Shown piece by piece: positions 18,568-28,253 of a DNA stretch of 64,000 nt. Location: positions 62,001 through 126,000 of the IMG/VR virus record IMGVR_UViG_3300050821_009835, one strand, 5' to 3'. Every line of letters begins with the position of its first letter. Within the stretch, counting starts at the first letter, position 1. The notes under the pieces were generated by a model. It searched no databases, had not been told where the DNA came from, and worked only from the letters and a program-made list of their open reading frames with translations. The position numbers and the translations under genes are program-made.

Positions 18568-19500
18568 ATGATGACCACTACTGAAATTATCCCTCCTAAA
18601 AACTGCCCTGAATGTGGCCAAAAGTTAGATGTCTTTGAAGACAGCACAGAAGATGCAACCGAACACATTTATTGCACCAACACAGATTGCAAAGGTCGTG
18701 TGGTTGGGCATTTTTGCTTCGTGGGCGATCGCGAGGTTTTAGAGATTGACGGCCTTGGGCCGGAACTCTCAGCCAAACTAGTCACGGATGACTATGCACG
18801 AAACGTGGCTGAACTGGTAGAGTTTGCTGACGAAATTAACGATGCCATCACTAAGAATGGTGAAGGGCCAGTTACTAAATCACTCCAGAAAGAGGGTTTC
18901 ACCAGCGCCGTCGTAAAGATGGCGAAGTCGGTTCAACTGGCGAAGCATGCTTCTTGGGAGCGTTGGATTGCTGCACTGGGCATACCGATGGTTTCGGACA
19001 CGCTGGGTAAGATCATCGCAAAGGAGATGAAACTGACCGCTGATGATATGGTGAATCTAGTCAGCAAGTTCCGAGACTTTCTAAATTTGACCATCGCTGG
19101 CGTAGGACCAAGTAAGAAAGCTGCTCTACAGGATTGGCTCAAGACACCAGCTAATATCGACATCATCCAGTCTCTGGCGAAATCTGGTGTCAAGCCGACT
19201 CCGCTGGCTGCACCAAAAAACGTGAATGGACCGCTCAGGGATGTCGTTTTTTGTATCACAGGCGGGTTTCCTAACTTTGGGGAACGTACCGATATTGAAT
19301 CAAAATTATCCTCTCTCGGAGCTACCGCAAAAAGCGGAGTATCTAAAAAAACAAATCTCCTCCTTGTCGGGGAAGATGCTGGCGGCACCAAATTGAATGC
19401 CGCTAAGAAACTAGGTGTACAGCAAGTCGGAGAAGACTGGCTCCAGAGAGTCTATACTGAGCATGGTCTCCAAACTTGTGGTAATAAGTTTCCTATCTAA
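18568..19500 (+). CDS. ligA: NAD+-dependent DNA ligase, C-terminal part (Zn finger, HhH, BRCT)
   Basis: CPECG...CTNTDC, HhH motifs IDGLGP / ALGIP / IAGVGP, BRCT FCITG...VSKKTNLLLVG. Start is ATG 18568 or 18571. Confidence 0.92.
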   Translation: MMTTTEIIPPKNCPECGQKLDVFEDSTEDATEHIYCTNTDCKGRVVGHFCFVGDREVLEIDGLGPELSAKLVTDDYARNVAELVEFADEINDAITKNGEGPVTKSLQKEGFTSAVVKMAKSVQLAKHASWERWIAALGIPMVSDTLGKIIAKEMKLTADDMVNLVSKFRDFLNLTIAGVGPSKKAALQDWLKTPANIDIIQSLAKSGVKPTPLAAPKNVNGPLRDVVFCITGGFPNFGERTDIESKLSSLGATAKSGVSKKTNLLLVGEDAGGTKLNAAKKLGVQQVGEDWLQRVYTEHGLQTCGNKFPI

Positions 19501-20278
19501 TCACAAAATTGAATTTGAATCCGGCCTTCAAACAGGCTTCGCGCTTCCTCAGATTATCTTCTTTCTGAACCATGAACGTCCACATTGATTTAACTTCAAT
19601 GAGCCAATTCTGTTCTGGGATGAAAATGTCTGGATAATACCGCGCCTTCTTACCATTACTTCTAGTGTACCAAATTGCCGGCATCTTTGTCGGATCAGTT
19701 TCTATTGAACAAACGGCTACCCCGCTCTTCAGAAGTTCCTTTAATACTTTACCTTCTGCTCCTTGAAACACAAAAGTTTTGCCCTGCAACTCTACGGTTT
19801 TCTTGCTCAATCGACCTTTCTGGAGAATCCGAAACATCATTGGATTCTGGAAGTGATGAGGGAAGCCGTAGTGTTTCATAAATGTTGCCACCTTCTTGGC
19901 TTGTATATCAGAGTTTTGGCTGGGGTTTTCCACACCATAGTTGGCTTTTAAGGTGGCGCGTATTTTCTTTTGAACTGTCTTTGAAGCAAAGGGATTCTTC
20001 ACTCCATATCTTTCTAAATTAGTGGCGGCAACCCTGTCTTGAAGTTCCTTAGTCTTATAAGGGTGATCAACCCCGTACCTCTCAATATTATGCTTTTTAC
20101 GCTGTGCCTGAACGTCAGGATTTTGATTAGGGTGGGGCACACCAAATCGTTCGGTGCAGGTCTTAATGGTTTTCTTTTGTATACCGGGGCAAGCGTTAGG
20201 AGATGGAGCACAGTAAATAGCCCCATTCTTCATTTGAAACAATCCAGTCCTGCCACAACCTTTACAATTATGCATCAT
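19493..20278 (-). mobile_element. Second homing-endonuclease-like gene of the same family
   Basis: ERYGVDHP / ERYGVKNP / NYGVENP repeats; YYPDIF...LIEVKS; GAGG SD upstream of ATG 20278. Confidence 0.8.
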
Positions 20279-20352
20279 AGGAGTCCTCACTAGATATGCA
20301 GAAAGTTGAATTACCTCTTTCGACGGTAAACACCGTAGTATAAGACAAGGCA

Positions 20353-20664
20353 ATGTACGGTATCTGCCCAACTATCGAAGGATTTCACAGCCGTGAGCCG
20401 CACGAACAATTTGATGGGTGCAGCGGCTGGACGCCTGTGCCGCCGAACCCAGATCAGTCTCTGCGTGAACGTTTTCACCATGTGACGGTACTGGCTGGAT
20501 ATCAGAATGAAGGTCCCAGCCGAATTGTCGCTCAGTGGTACGATTTCCTGATGAATCAGGGGCGTGAAAGCTTTATTAAGATGCTTGAACGTTATGAACG
20601 AAGCAATGGTAACCCCATGGATGATCCTGAACCGGAAGCAAGCCTAAGCAAGCCTATGCTGTGA
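20353..20664 (+). CDS. Hypothetical protein
   Basis: ORF track; preceded by TAGTAT motif. Confidence 0.65.
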   Translation: MYGICPTIEGFHSREPHEQFDGCSGWTPVPPNPDQSLRERFHHVTVLAGYQNEGPSRIVAQWYDFLMNQGRESFIKMLERYERSNGNPMDDPEPEASLSKPML

Positions 20665-20726
20665 ATTTCACAACACGCAAACGGTTAAAAATCAATTTGG
20701 ATTGAGGTAAATTCAGGAGGAATAAA

Positions 20727-21098
20727 ATGTGTTTATCAGTTGTAAAACAAATCATCAAAAAACCTTCTTCTAAGGTTGTCACGGGGTATAAGTCTTTTGG
20801 CTTAAGTGAGGGCGTACGGGGTGCGAAGGCTCTGGAATTTCTTTTTATGGGAGGATTTGTACAAACTGACACTTGGCTAAAAGCGTCAGGAAGAGCTATA
20901 GGCAAACGCAATAAGAAATATCCAGCAGGTTTTCATGTCTATGCTTCCAAAGTCGGGGTCGAAAGAGAACAGGAAAGTATGGCGATTAAAGTAAAAATTA
21001 GAAAAATTGTTGCCCATGGTCATCAAGAAAAAGGAAGCAGACTAAAATGCTACGTGGCGAAAGAGATGTTTGTGAGCTCGGATGACGCTAATTGGTAA
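20727..21098 (+). CDS. Hypothetical basic protein
   Basis: SD AGGAGG; Lys-rich. Confidence 0.7.
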   Translation: MCLSVVKQIIKKPSSKVVTGYKSFGLSEGVRGAKALEFLFMGGFVQTDTWLKASGRAIGKRNKKYPAGFHVYASKVGVEREQESMAIKVKIRKIVAHGHQEKGSRLKCYVAKEMFVSSDDANW

Positions 21099-21131
21099 GG
21101 AGAGCAACTGTTTAGTGGTAAAAGGAGACTT

Positions 21132-21482
21132 ATGACCGACGGCACGACGGCAGCTTTGGGAATTAGCGCGATTGTTGTAGCCTGGCTGACTTGGGGAATA
21201 TGGGATCATTTCGCACACCGCCAACAAAAGAGAGATCAGCTCATTCAACCTCCCTTGACTCCTAAAGAAGAGCTTCAAGCAATCTTGAGCGGCGAAGATG
21301 AGGAAACCGACATTGGAGACATCATCTTCGATGAGGATGGCCAAGTTATGCCGGAATACGTTCAGCCACTTAAAGAGTTGGGAATTAAGATCAGAATAAC
21401 GAACACTTCTGACGGGCACGTAAGTACTGGTGACGACGGAATCTGTAGAACTGGTCCTGGTGCCACATTCTGGTATGATTAG
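21132..21482 (+). CDS. Hypothetical membrane-anchored protein
   Basis: SD AAGGAG; N-terminal TM segment, acidic tail. Confidence 0.7.
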   Translation: MTDGTTAALGISAIVVAWLTWGIWDHFAHRQQKRDQLIQPPLTPKEELQAILSGEDEETDIGDIIFDEDGQVMPEYVQPLKELGIKIRITNTSDGHVSTGDDGICRTGPGATFWYD

Positions 21483-21512
21483 CATGAAACACGAGCATAG
21501 GAGGAGAAAACA

Positions 21513-21692
21513 ATGTTAACAGCTGAAGACAAGGCGTGGCTATCCGATTTGGGAGCACTCATGGTAGCCGCTGTTGTGCAGTCTATGATTGGCACTTTCA
21601 CTTCGCAAATTCAAAGCGACAGATGCAAAGACATACGTCAGTTTGGCCGAACCGGGAAATCCGAATACCAATCTGTTGCTCCAAGAACTTAG
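21513..21692 (+). CDS. Small protein (59 aa)
   Basis: Strong SD AGGAGG; MLTAEDKAWLSDLG...; read by hand. Confidence 0.6.
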   Translation: MLTAEDKAWLSDLGALMVAAVVQSMIGTFTSQIQSDRCKDIRQFGRTGKSEYQSVAPRT

Positions 21693-22321
21693 CACTTCTT
21701 TTCACCATCTCCCGGTGGGACGTCGAAACCGTTAGCTGTTAGTGCAGCCGCGCCTTGCTTCGCTGGCCCTCCACCATAAGCAATTTGATAGTTACCACCG
21801 CCCTCTGGCTGGAACAGTGGGAATCCGAGGAAGAAGTTACCCTGAAACTCCAACCAGAATTGATGCAAAGGATGGTACCCGGCCCCAATCAAAGTCAGTT
21901 TTGCTTCTGCCACAGGCCGCTCTATGTTCGGGGTTGAAGTTGGTTGCATAGCCATGGTAACAAGGTGCGGCCAGATAGGAATATCTACAAGTTCGGACCA
22001 AGTCTTCTGTTTATTAACAAACTGATCCATGAATTTCTCCCAACCCGTGACGTTGTCAAAGATACTCACATCGTTGTGGAGCATGTAAAGAGAATGGCCG
22101 TAAATGAGTGTAGTTTGTACCTTGGGAACAATGAAATTGACTCTGAGAACCGGGGCTAGGCCATACCATTTAATAGACGAACCAGTTCCAGCTAAACCAC
22201 CTTCAGCATCCCATTCAAATCGTTCTCCTTCAGGCATCAATTTGACGCCGAGAATCTTACCTCTGCTCTTTGGGTAAAGAACCTTGGTGTGACGTTCGGT
22301 AGATGCTGGATTGCGGGCCAT
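21689..22321 (-). CDS. Hypothetical protein, probably structural
   Basis: Last gene of the minus-strand baseplate run; AGGAG SD. Confidence 0.6.
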   Translation of the reverse strand: MARNPASTERHTKVLYPKSRGKILGVKLMPEGERFEWDAEGGLAGTGSSIKWYGLAPVLRVNFIVPKVQTTLIYGHSLYMLHNDVSIFDNVTGWEKFMDQFVNKQKTWSELVDIPIWPHLVTMAMQPTSTPNIERPVAEAKLTLIGAGYHPLHQFWLEFQGNFFLGFPLFQPEGGGNYQIAYGGGPAKQGAAALTANGFDVPPGDGEKKC

Positions 22322-22518
22322 TAGGATGCTCCTTTAGCAAAGCTGTCGTATGGTTTGTTTAGCACACCAAAAGGTAGAAATTCAAAAACTTCACCATCGT
22401 TTGAAACTGCCACCAAGAATTCCCATCCAGAATCAAGGCATGCTGCTCCCTTACAGAAAAGAACACCGTAATCCCGGTTGAAGAAATATCGAGATTTCAC
22501 TTCGATGATTCTGCGCAA
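22321..22518 (-). CDS. Hypothetical protein
   Basis: TAATG overlap with the downstream gene. Confidence 0.5.
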   Translation of the reverse strand: MRRIIEVKSRYFFNRDYGVLFCKGAACLDSGWEFLVAVSNDGEVFEFLPFGVLNKPYDSFAKGAS

Positions 22519-22530
22519 TTTCGGCTGAAA

Positions 22531-23301
22531 TCAAAATTGCAGTATCCATTCTATAATTATGTTGATTCCCGCCGGAAGTATAATCGGGGGTGTGGTAATA
22601 TAATTCACCAAAACCACAGAATTCAGATTCGGAACCGGGACACCCTGCGAATTCGGTGGAACAAAATAGGGAGCGGTTAGCATGTTAGTGCCTGTGAAGC
22701 TTCCTGCCGTGTACTGACCACCACCGATAAGCCCCATCTCGCGAATACCCACCCCAATTAAATTATCAGTGGTTGCATTTAAGATGGTTTGGAAACTAAC
22801 CTGCAGAGAAAAATTGGGCAGCGGGTTAAAATTCGAATCCACGAATTGAATCGAAGACAAACCCTTGCGTAGCACTTGAGAGATTAAAGCTGTCTGCTGA
22901 GGGGTTTGAGTAGGCTGCGTTTGTGGTGCCCATGTAGGAGATCCAGTACCGAGTGCAAGCCCCCAGATACCGAAGAGTGGGCCAGTATGATTTGGTTGCG
23001 GGTTTGCTGAGTTAGCGGGTGTCTGTCCAAATTGATAGGGGTTCTGGGGAGTGAATGCTTCACCTGGTGCGTAATTCGAAGCCCAGAAGGCGAAGAGATA
23101 TTTTGTCGTATTTACAATGATGTTATTATCCTGAAAGATAACCTCACCGTTATCCTCACGACGAGCGATGACACGTCCGTGACCTATGGGATTGGAAATT
23201 TGTTCCGCTAAGTTATTACGTTGCGCTTGTTGAGCAGCCCGTGCTGTGTTACCTTCAGAGCCAATTAAATATTTCTGATTATCATCCATTACAGAATTCA
23301 T
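22531..23301 (-). CDS. Baseplate/tail-fibre attachment-like structural protein
   Basis: WGLALGTG...IREMGLIGG pattern typical of tail-fibre proximal domains; structural context. Confidence 0.6.
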   Translation of the reverse strand: MNSVMDDNQKYLIGSEGNTARAAQQAQRNNLAEQISNPIGHGRVIARREDNGEVIFQDNNIIVNTTKYLFAFWASNYAPGEAFTPQNPYQFGQTPANSANPQPNHTGPLFGIWGLALGTGSPTWAPQTQPTQTPQQTALISQVLRKGLSSIQFVDSNFNPLPNFSLQVSFQTILNATTDNLIGVGIREMGLIGGGQYTAGSFTGTNMLTAPYFVPPNSQGVPVPNLNSVVLVNYITTPPIILPAGINIIIEWILQF

Positions 23302-23429
23302 GGTCTATACCTTTCCCGTAGTACCACAAGGAAATCCCAAACAAAATGGAACACCCTAGTGCCATATATGTTGCAACGATCCATAGTAAACCAGATTAGT
23401 AACAAAATGAAGATGTGCAGATCGATCAC
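23298..23429 (-). CDS. Small hydrophobic protein (43 aa)
   Basis: GAGGAG SD, GTG start, MIDLHIFILLLIWFT...; stop overlaps the downstream ATG (ATGA). Confidence 0.5.
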   Translation of the reverse strand: MIDLHIFILLLIWFTMDRCNIYGTRVFHFVWDFLVVLRERYRP

Positions 23430-23483
23430 ATCTCCTCGTGTCCATGGACCCATATCCATTAAAGAATAGTCCTCATTCGTGCT

Positions 23484-25619
23484 TTAAGATTCGAAATCGC
23501 TTTGCACGCCCGTAACTTCATTACTCAAAGGTTCATCTCCATTACGAATAAAATTCCAACGAGTGTAACGATCCGGGACTGGATAATTCTTAGCACGTAA
23601 TGCTTGAAGCGAAGGTCGATCCGTAAACCTCACCATACGTCCGTCAGAAAACTTAACCATCCAGGTTTTGGTTTTCTCTTTGGATTGACAGAGATAGATA
23701 GCCATATCAGCTCCAACGAATCCTTCAGGGAAGTACATATCTGTACCGACTGAGATACTCTTAGGAATCCCGTCGGCAACCTCATAACGCAGATCGTTGT
23801 CAGTCTCCACTGCTACGGCATCGGTAAACTCCGGGGTTTCTGCACTAGAACCCTTCATCATCTGAAACAGCTTATTACGAAAATTATTCCCCAACGATAA
23901 TGTTCCTGAGGGTTTACCACGTTGGTCGTAAACCACCACATACAATGGCTTCGGTTGTGTCTTCAGGGAACGCGACTTGTACTGACGGATAACGCGAGCC
24001 ACATCTCCCAAATCGTTCTTATCGGGCTTCTTAGTGAGAAGTTCCAAATGACGATAGGCGGGTGCCCGCTGGATGAGTTTGCCGGAGCCAGCATATTTGC
24101 GAGTCACCACATGAGCCTGAGGATATTCCCGTTCAAAAGCTGAAACAACTTGAGACAAAAACTCTTCATCTCCAGTCCACCACTGACCTTCAGAACTTTC
24201 ACCAATTGTAATTAAACCGGAAGGAGATATTCTAGCATCTCCTCGAGGAATGCTATCAAACATCCCACCAGAAGTGGGCAAACCCAGTTTTGAGAACCAC
24301 GCTACGTGGCCGAATCGCTTATTCAAATCTGCATTTTTAAAAATCTCAACCTGGCCATTGACAATTGCCCATAGATCGTACCGATTCAATGCTCCCGTGA
24401 CCACTCGCTTTTGTGTCTCGTCGATAAAACTGATGGGCATCTTGAAGGTGCCCTCATAAGTCTTGATCGTCGGATCTCGGCTGACATCGGAAAACTGAGA
24501 CTGAGTGTCCGACTCATTGGTCATGTCTTTGTAGCACTGGAGCACAGCTGCATACAGTTTCACGATCACGTCTTGTTCATACTCCATAGACAACATGAAG
24601 CTGGAAACCTCGTCTAGTAATGCTCGAATTCCCTCGGTGACCATCTCCTGCATGCCCTGAGGATTGTCCTCAACACAGGGGAACTTCAGAGTAAACACTG
24701 TGAAATTGGGGATACCAAGATCCAACTGGAGAGTAACTTCCGGTCGTTCAGCTCGAACGATTGTGATGTTTAGTTCTCCGTTCATCGAGGATAGATAAGC
24801 TGTTTTTGAAGCTACTTTAGTTAATGGAATCTCAGTTGCCCAATTTTCCACTGCACCACCTACTTGTACGGCTTTCACTTTGTCAATCTTCCATGCCTTA
24901 ACAGGATGAACAGCTCCTCTGTGGGCAAGATGAGCGCCGTTTTCTAACAGCCACTTAGACAAATTCTTTGATAGATATTTTTGAAGCTTCTTGCCCACTT
25001 GAGATTGTACAGCAGCTTCTTCTAAACGACGACGCTGTCCTTCTGTCATTTTGTTAGCTAGATAGTCCAATTCCCACTTGATATCATCCGGTGTTTCTGG
25101 TCTATTGACAGGTTGGGCATTTACAATTTGGTCTTTACGTCCATCCAAAAGATATTGCCAAGACTTACGCTGTGCTTCTGTTCCAAGTCCTTTTTTAAGC
25201 TTCTCTTCAAGTTCTTGCTTCTGACGTATATCATCAGTGTATTTTATACGCCAGTACAGCGCCTCGCCTATACTATCCTCATCTGGCACTACATCTCCTA
25301 AAAGATCAGAGCCATTTATAGCAAAAATATAGCCAAATGGATCCTTACCTTCTATGAACTTTGTAGATTTAGATCCAAACATCGAACCGCCCAATGCATA
25401 AATCGCTGCATAACCAAAATTATCTGTCATGTACACCCTGTCCGGCACAGGTGCTTGCATGGCTCGACTCTTTGCTTTCTCAGGCATAGTGATTTCACGA
25501 GGTTGAATACCCTCTGCCATAATTTTTTGCGCTAGATCTTCACGGTCGGTCCCATGATAATATACACGAGCCTTCGCTTCATCGTGGATGGGTGCAGCAT
25601 GTTTTTCCATATGCATCAA
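23484..25619 (-). CDS. Polyvalent protein with N-terminal ADP-ribosyltransferase-like domain
   Basis: YYHGT...VYMTDNFGYAAIYA...PDED; three further unrecognised segments; linkers KHAA, KVASKTAY, RKYAG. Confidence 0.65.
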   Translation of the reverse strand: MMHMEKHAAPIHDEAKARVYYHGTDREDLAQKIMAEGIQPREITMPEKAKSRAMQAPVPDRVYMTDNFGYAAIYALGGSMFGSKSTKFIEGKDPFGYIFAINGSDLLGDVVPDEDSIGEALYWRIKYTDDIRQKQELEEKLKKGLGTEAQRKSWQYLLDGRKDQIVNAQPVNRPETPDDIKWELDYLANKMTEGQRRRLEEAAVQSQVGKKLQKYLSKNLSKWLLENGAHLAHRGAVHPVKAWKIDKVKAVQVGGAVENWATEIPLTKVASKTAYLSSMNGELNITIVRAERPEVTLQLDLGIPNFTVFTLKFPCVEDNPQGMQEMVTEGIRALLDEVSSFMLSMEYEQDVIVKLYAAVLQCYKDMTNESDTQSQFSDVSRDPTIKTYEGTFKMPISFIDETQKRVVTGALNRYDLWAIVNGQVEIFKNADLNKRFGHVAWFSKLGLPTSGGMFDSIPRGDARISPSGLITIGESSEGQWWTGDEEFLSQVVSAFEREYPQAHVVTRKYAGSGKLIQRAPAYRHLELLTKKPDKNDLGDVARVIRQYKSRSLKTQPKPLYVVVYDQRGKPSGTLSLGNNFRNKLFQMMKGSSAETPEFTDAVAVETDNDLRYEVADGIPKSISVGTDMYFPEGFVGADMAIYLCQSKEKTKTWMVKFSDGRMVRFTDRPSLQALRAKNYPVPDRYTRWNFIRNGDEPLSNEVTGVQSDFES

Positions 25620-27550
25620 TTCATTTCTAGACCCTGAAATACATCTGAAGAAATCTCCCAGGCAAGACGTAAACGTGGGGCAACCAGCCCGTTCGGATGA
25701 TTGATATCCCAGTTACTTACTTCTCCCGTTGGAGGCAGCGGCTCCGTAATACTTGGTGTACCCGGCTGAAGCAGCATAATCCATCTATACGAAGGAATAT
25801 AGGCTTGACCAATACCAACCATCCGCCAAGTCAACGTTCCATCTGTAGTCGTGCCATTGACATTGATAGCCCAAGCTGAGACTGAAGCACTGCCGGGGTC
25901 AACTTCAAATTCCCCGTCTACATTGTTCAGCGTAATTGATTCATCAGTAGAAGCCAAACAGGAAAAGACGCCGTTGTTACCAGGATTTGTGAAACCTGTA
26001 ATCGTGAATGTTCTCCCCAGATAGGCATTGTCGCCCCCGCCTGTGATATTACCTAAATAAGTTGTGCTGCCGTTAAACTCCACTTGGCCCTGAGATGATG
26101 TCAATGTGAAATTAAGCGTAGGTGGATTCGGGGTGGAACCAGTCATACCATAGTACCCGCTGGTTCCAAACAACGATGGCGGACTATTCGAGCCTGTGCC
26201 AACGACCATCTGAGTGTTCCCATTTGAATCCATGATGATCTGGCTTTCAAAGAAATTTGTGTCAGGTGCCCAATTTGCTATTCCGAGAACATAGTCTCCG
26301 TTCAAGCCAGGTACATAGGCTGATTGTAGTGTTGGAGTTACAAGCCCAGATCCGGCTTCTGCCGCAGAAGGAACGGGAGCGGGCAATTGCACAACCATCT
26401 TAAATGTTCCCGAGTACGGCGGGTTGCCCACAGAAGGAGGATTACCTGTTCGGATCGTAGTCGTATCGCTGATCTTACCTGTGATATCGAATATGTTCCC
26501 ACCATTTACGCAGCCTGTAATAGTGACTTGCATGCCATCATGGATTGCATAATTAGCATTTGTGTACGTAAAAGTTGCTAAAGTTTCAGTTGCAACCGTG
26601 TTAACAATATTGAACGTGATTTCCGGCAAAGTTACCCATTGGGATTCTGGTATACTCATAAGCGGACCAGAGAATTGGCGTCCGTGAGCGGCAACTGTTG
26701 TTTGAGGATTCACGGGGTTCAAAATAGGAGCTACAATCAACATCGGGTTGAATGGTGGTTCTTCAACAATCCTAAAGATAATCGATAAATTGTCTGCAAT
26801 TCCTGGCTCAGTGGGAGACCACATATCCTGCGGAAAGTAACTAATGTCTTCCGTGTAGGCATCAATGTTATCGTTTTCGCCGAATACTACAATGAATTCA
26901 AGCCCCACATGGGCGGGTTTAGTCAAATCAATGGCTGTATACAATGAACTAACAACCAGCTGAAGCTGATTGAGAGACTCTATGTCTTCCAGCGGATTGC
27001 TTCCGCCCACATTGATAGAAACTTGTATTGCATTACGATCAGACTGATCGTACGGGCTGGGGGGCGGTAATAGAGTTGAGGCATCAGAAGGGATAAATTT
27101 GTAAAGCTCTTGCACAACCACTACAAGGCCAGTGTATGCAAAGATGACATCTTGAATCGCCTTGACCGTAGCACCTTCTTTGTAGGCTTGAAGTAGGGCG
27201 ACAAGCATGTTACGATAGGATAAATCAGATTGTCCGTCCGGGAGATCGAAGACCCCAGTTGAAGGATAAGCACTACTGATAAACAGCGGGTCAGCCCAGC
27301 GACGTTTAATGTCAGATGGAGTTAAATACTGAGGATTTTTAGCGATTAGATCGTAAGCATAGAAATACTCGCATCTAGCAATTTCTTGCGCTACAGCACG
27401 AAGAGCCACGCCCCATATAGATTGATCGTTCCTAGTGGCATAAAAATTGGCCGTGTTGTTGAAGAGGCGTCGAGTACTAGCATCTTCATACAATAAAAGA
27501 TCAGTTCTGTTCGGGGTGTATAAGACATCAGGTTGAACGTATTTAGTCAT
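25616..27550 (-). CDS. Baseplate wedge / tail protein I-like protein
   Basis: LQAYKEGATVKAIQDVIFAYTG...TKPAHV N-terminal domain, then T/S/N/P-rich beta domains; GGAG SD at 27550. Confidence 0.6.
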   Translation of the reverse strand: MTKYVQPDVLYTPNRTDLLLYEDASTRRLFNNTANFYATRNDQSIWGVALRAVAQEIARCEYFYAYDLIAKNPQYLTPSDIKRRWADPLFISSAYPSTGVFDLPDGQSDLSYRNMLVALLQAYKEGATVKAIQDVIFAYTGLVVVVQELYKFIPSDASTLLPPPSPYDQSDRNAIQVSINVGGSNPLEDIESLNQLQLVVSSLYTAIDLTKPAHVGLEFIVVFGENDNIDAYTEDISYFPQDMWSPTEPGIADNLSIIFRIVEEPPFNPMLIVAPILNPVNPQTTVAAHGRQFSGPLMSIPESQWVTLPEITFNIVNTVATETLATFTYTNANYAIHDGMQVTITGCVNGGNIFDITGKISDTTTIRTGNPPSVGNPPYSGTFKMVVQLPAPVPSAAEAGSGLVTPTLQSAYVPGLNGDYVLGIANWAPDTNFFESQIIMDSNGNTQMVVGTGSNSPPSLFGTSGYYGMTGSTPNPPTLNFTLTSSQGQVEFNGSTTYLGNITGGGDNAYLGRTFTITGFTNPGNNGVFSCLASTDESITLNNVDGEFEVDPGSASVSAWAINVNGTTTDGTLTWRMVGIGQAYIPSYRWIMLLQPGTPSITEPLPPTGEVSNWDINHPNGLVAPRLRLAWEISSDVFQGLEMN

Positions 27551-28191
27551 TAGGATCTCCCCATGACCCAACCATCTGCACTGTGGCTTTCTATGTCCCC
27601 CGGTTTTATCAATAGACTGAAAATGCCATTATTGACCCATTTTCTTCCAAGAATAGGGTTTTTTCGACGACTGTTACCAAGACCGATTTTTCGTCCGTGT
27701 TCAGCAGTTTTGGGAATTCCTTTGAATCTTTTCTTGGCTATAGCAGCCCGCTCTTTTCGAAGATGAGGATTTTTAGCCCACCATTTTGTTTGTCCCTCTC
27801 TTATTTTTTGACAGAATTCTTCTGATCTTGGAATATCAGTTAAGGCAGTACGAATTTTCTGCTTGGATAATTCAGTATGGGAACGCCCCGCAAAACTGGG
27901 GATATCCTCACCTCCCATTGTTATGTTGTATCCAATCTCTCTGTCATACGACTGATGAAGAACGATAAAAAAGGTTTCCATCGCGCAGAGCTCTTTAAAA
28001 CTACCCGCTTTGTGTAATGTTTCTGTTCTAAACCCTTCTGGCCCATAAAATCGCAAGGCTTGATAAAAATAACCAGGAGTGCCAATTCGTGCGCAACATT
28101 GGTGCTCTTTCCAACGAGTCTCTTCAGATTTAGTTGTCCTGCCAATATACACCTTGCCGTTAATCACGTTTGTTATCTTATATATTAGCAT
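27550..28191 (-). mobile_element. GIY-YIG homing endonuclease with NUMOD3-like repeats
   Basis: LIYKITNVINGKVYIGRT; GYN; HTELSKQKIR, KTAEHGRKI. Confidence 0.9.
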
Positions 28192-28253
28192 AATTCAACC
28201 CCCTGCTAGGAGTGTATAGAATATCGGGTTGTACATACTGTTGAGTCATTGGT

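Noticed and set aside
27550-28191. GIY-YIG gene as part of a novel system
   Set aside because: Ordinary free-standing homing endonuclease between intact genes.
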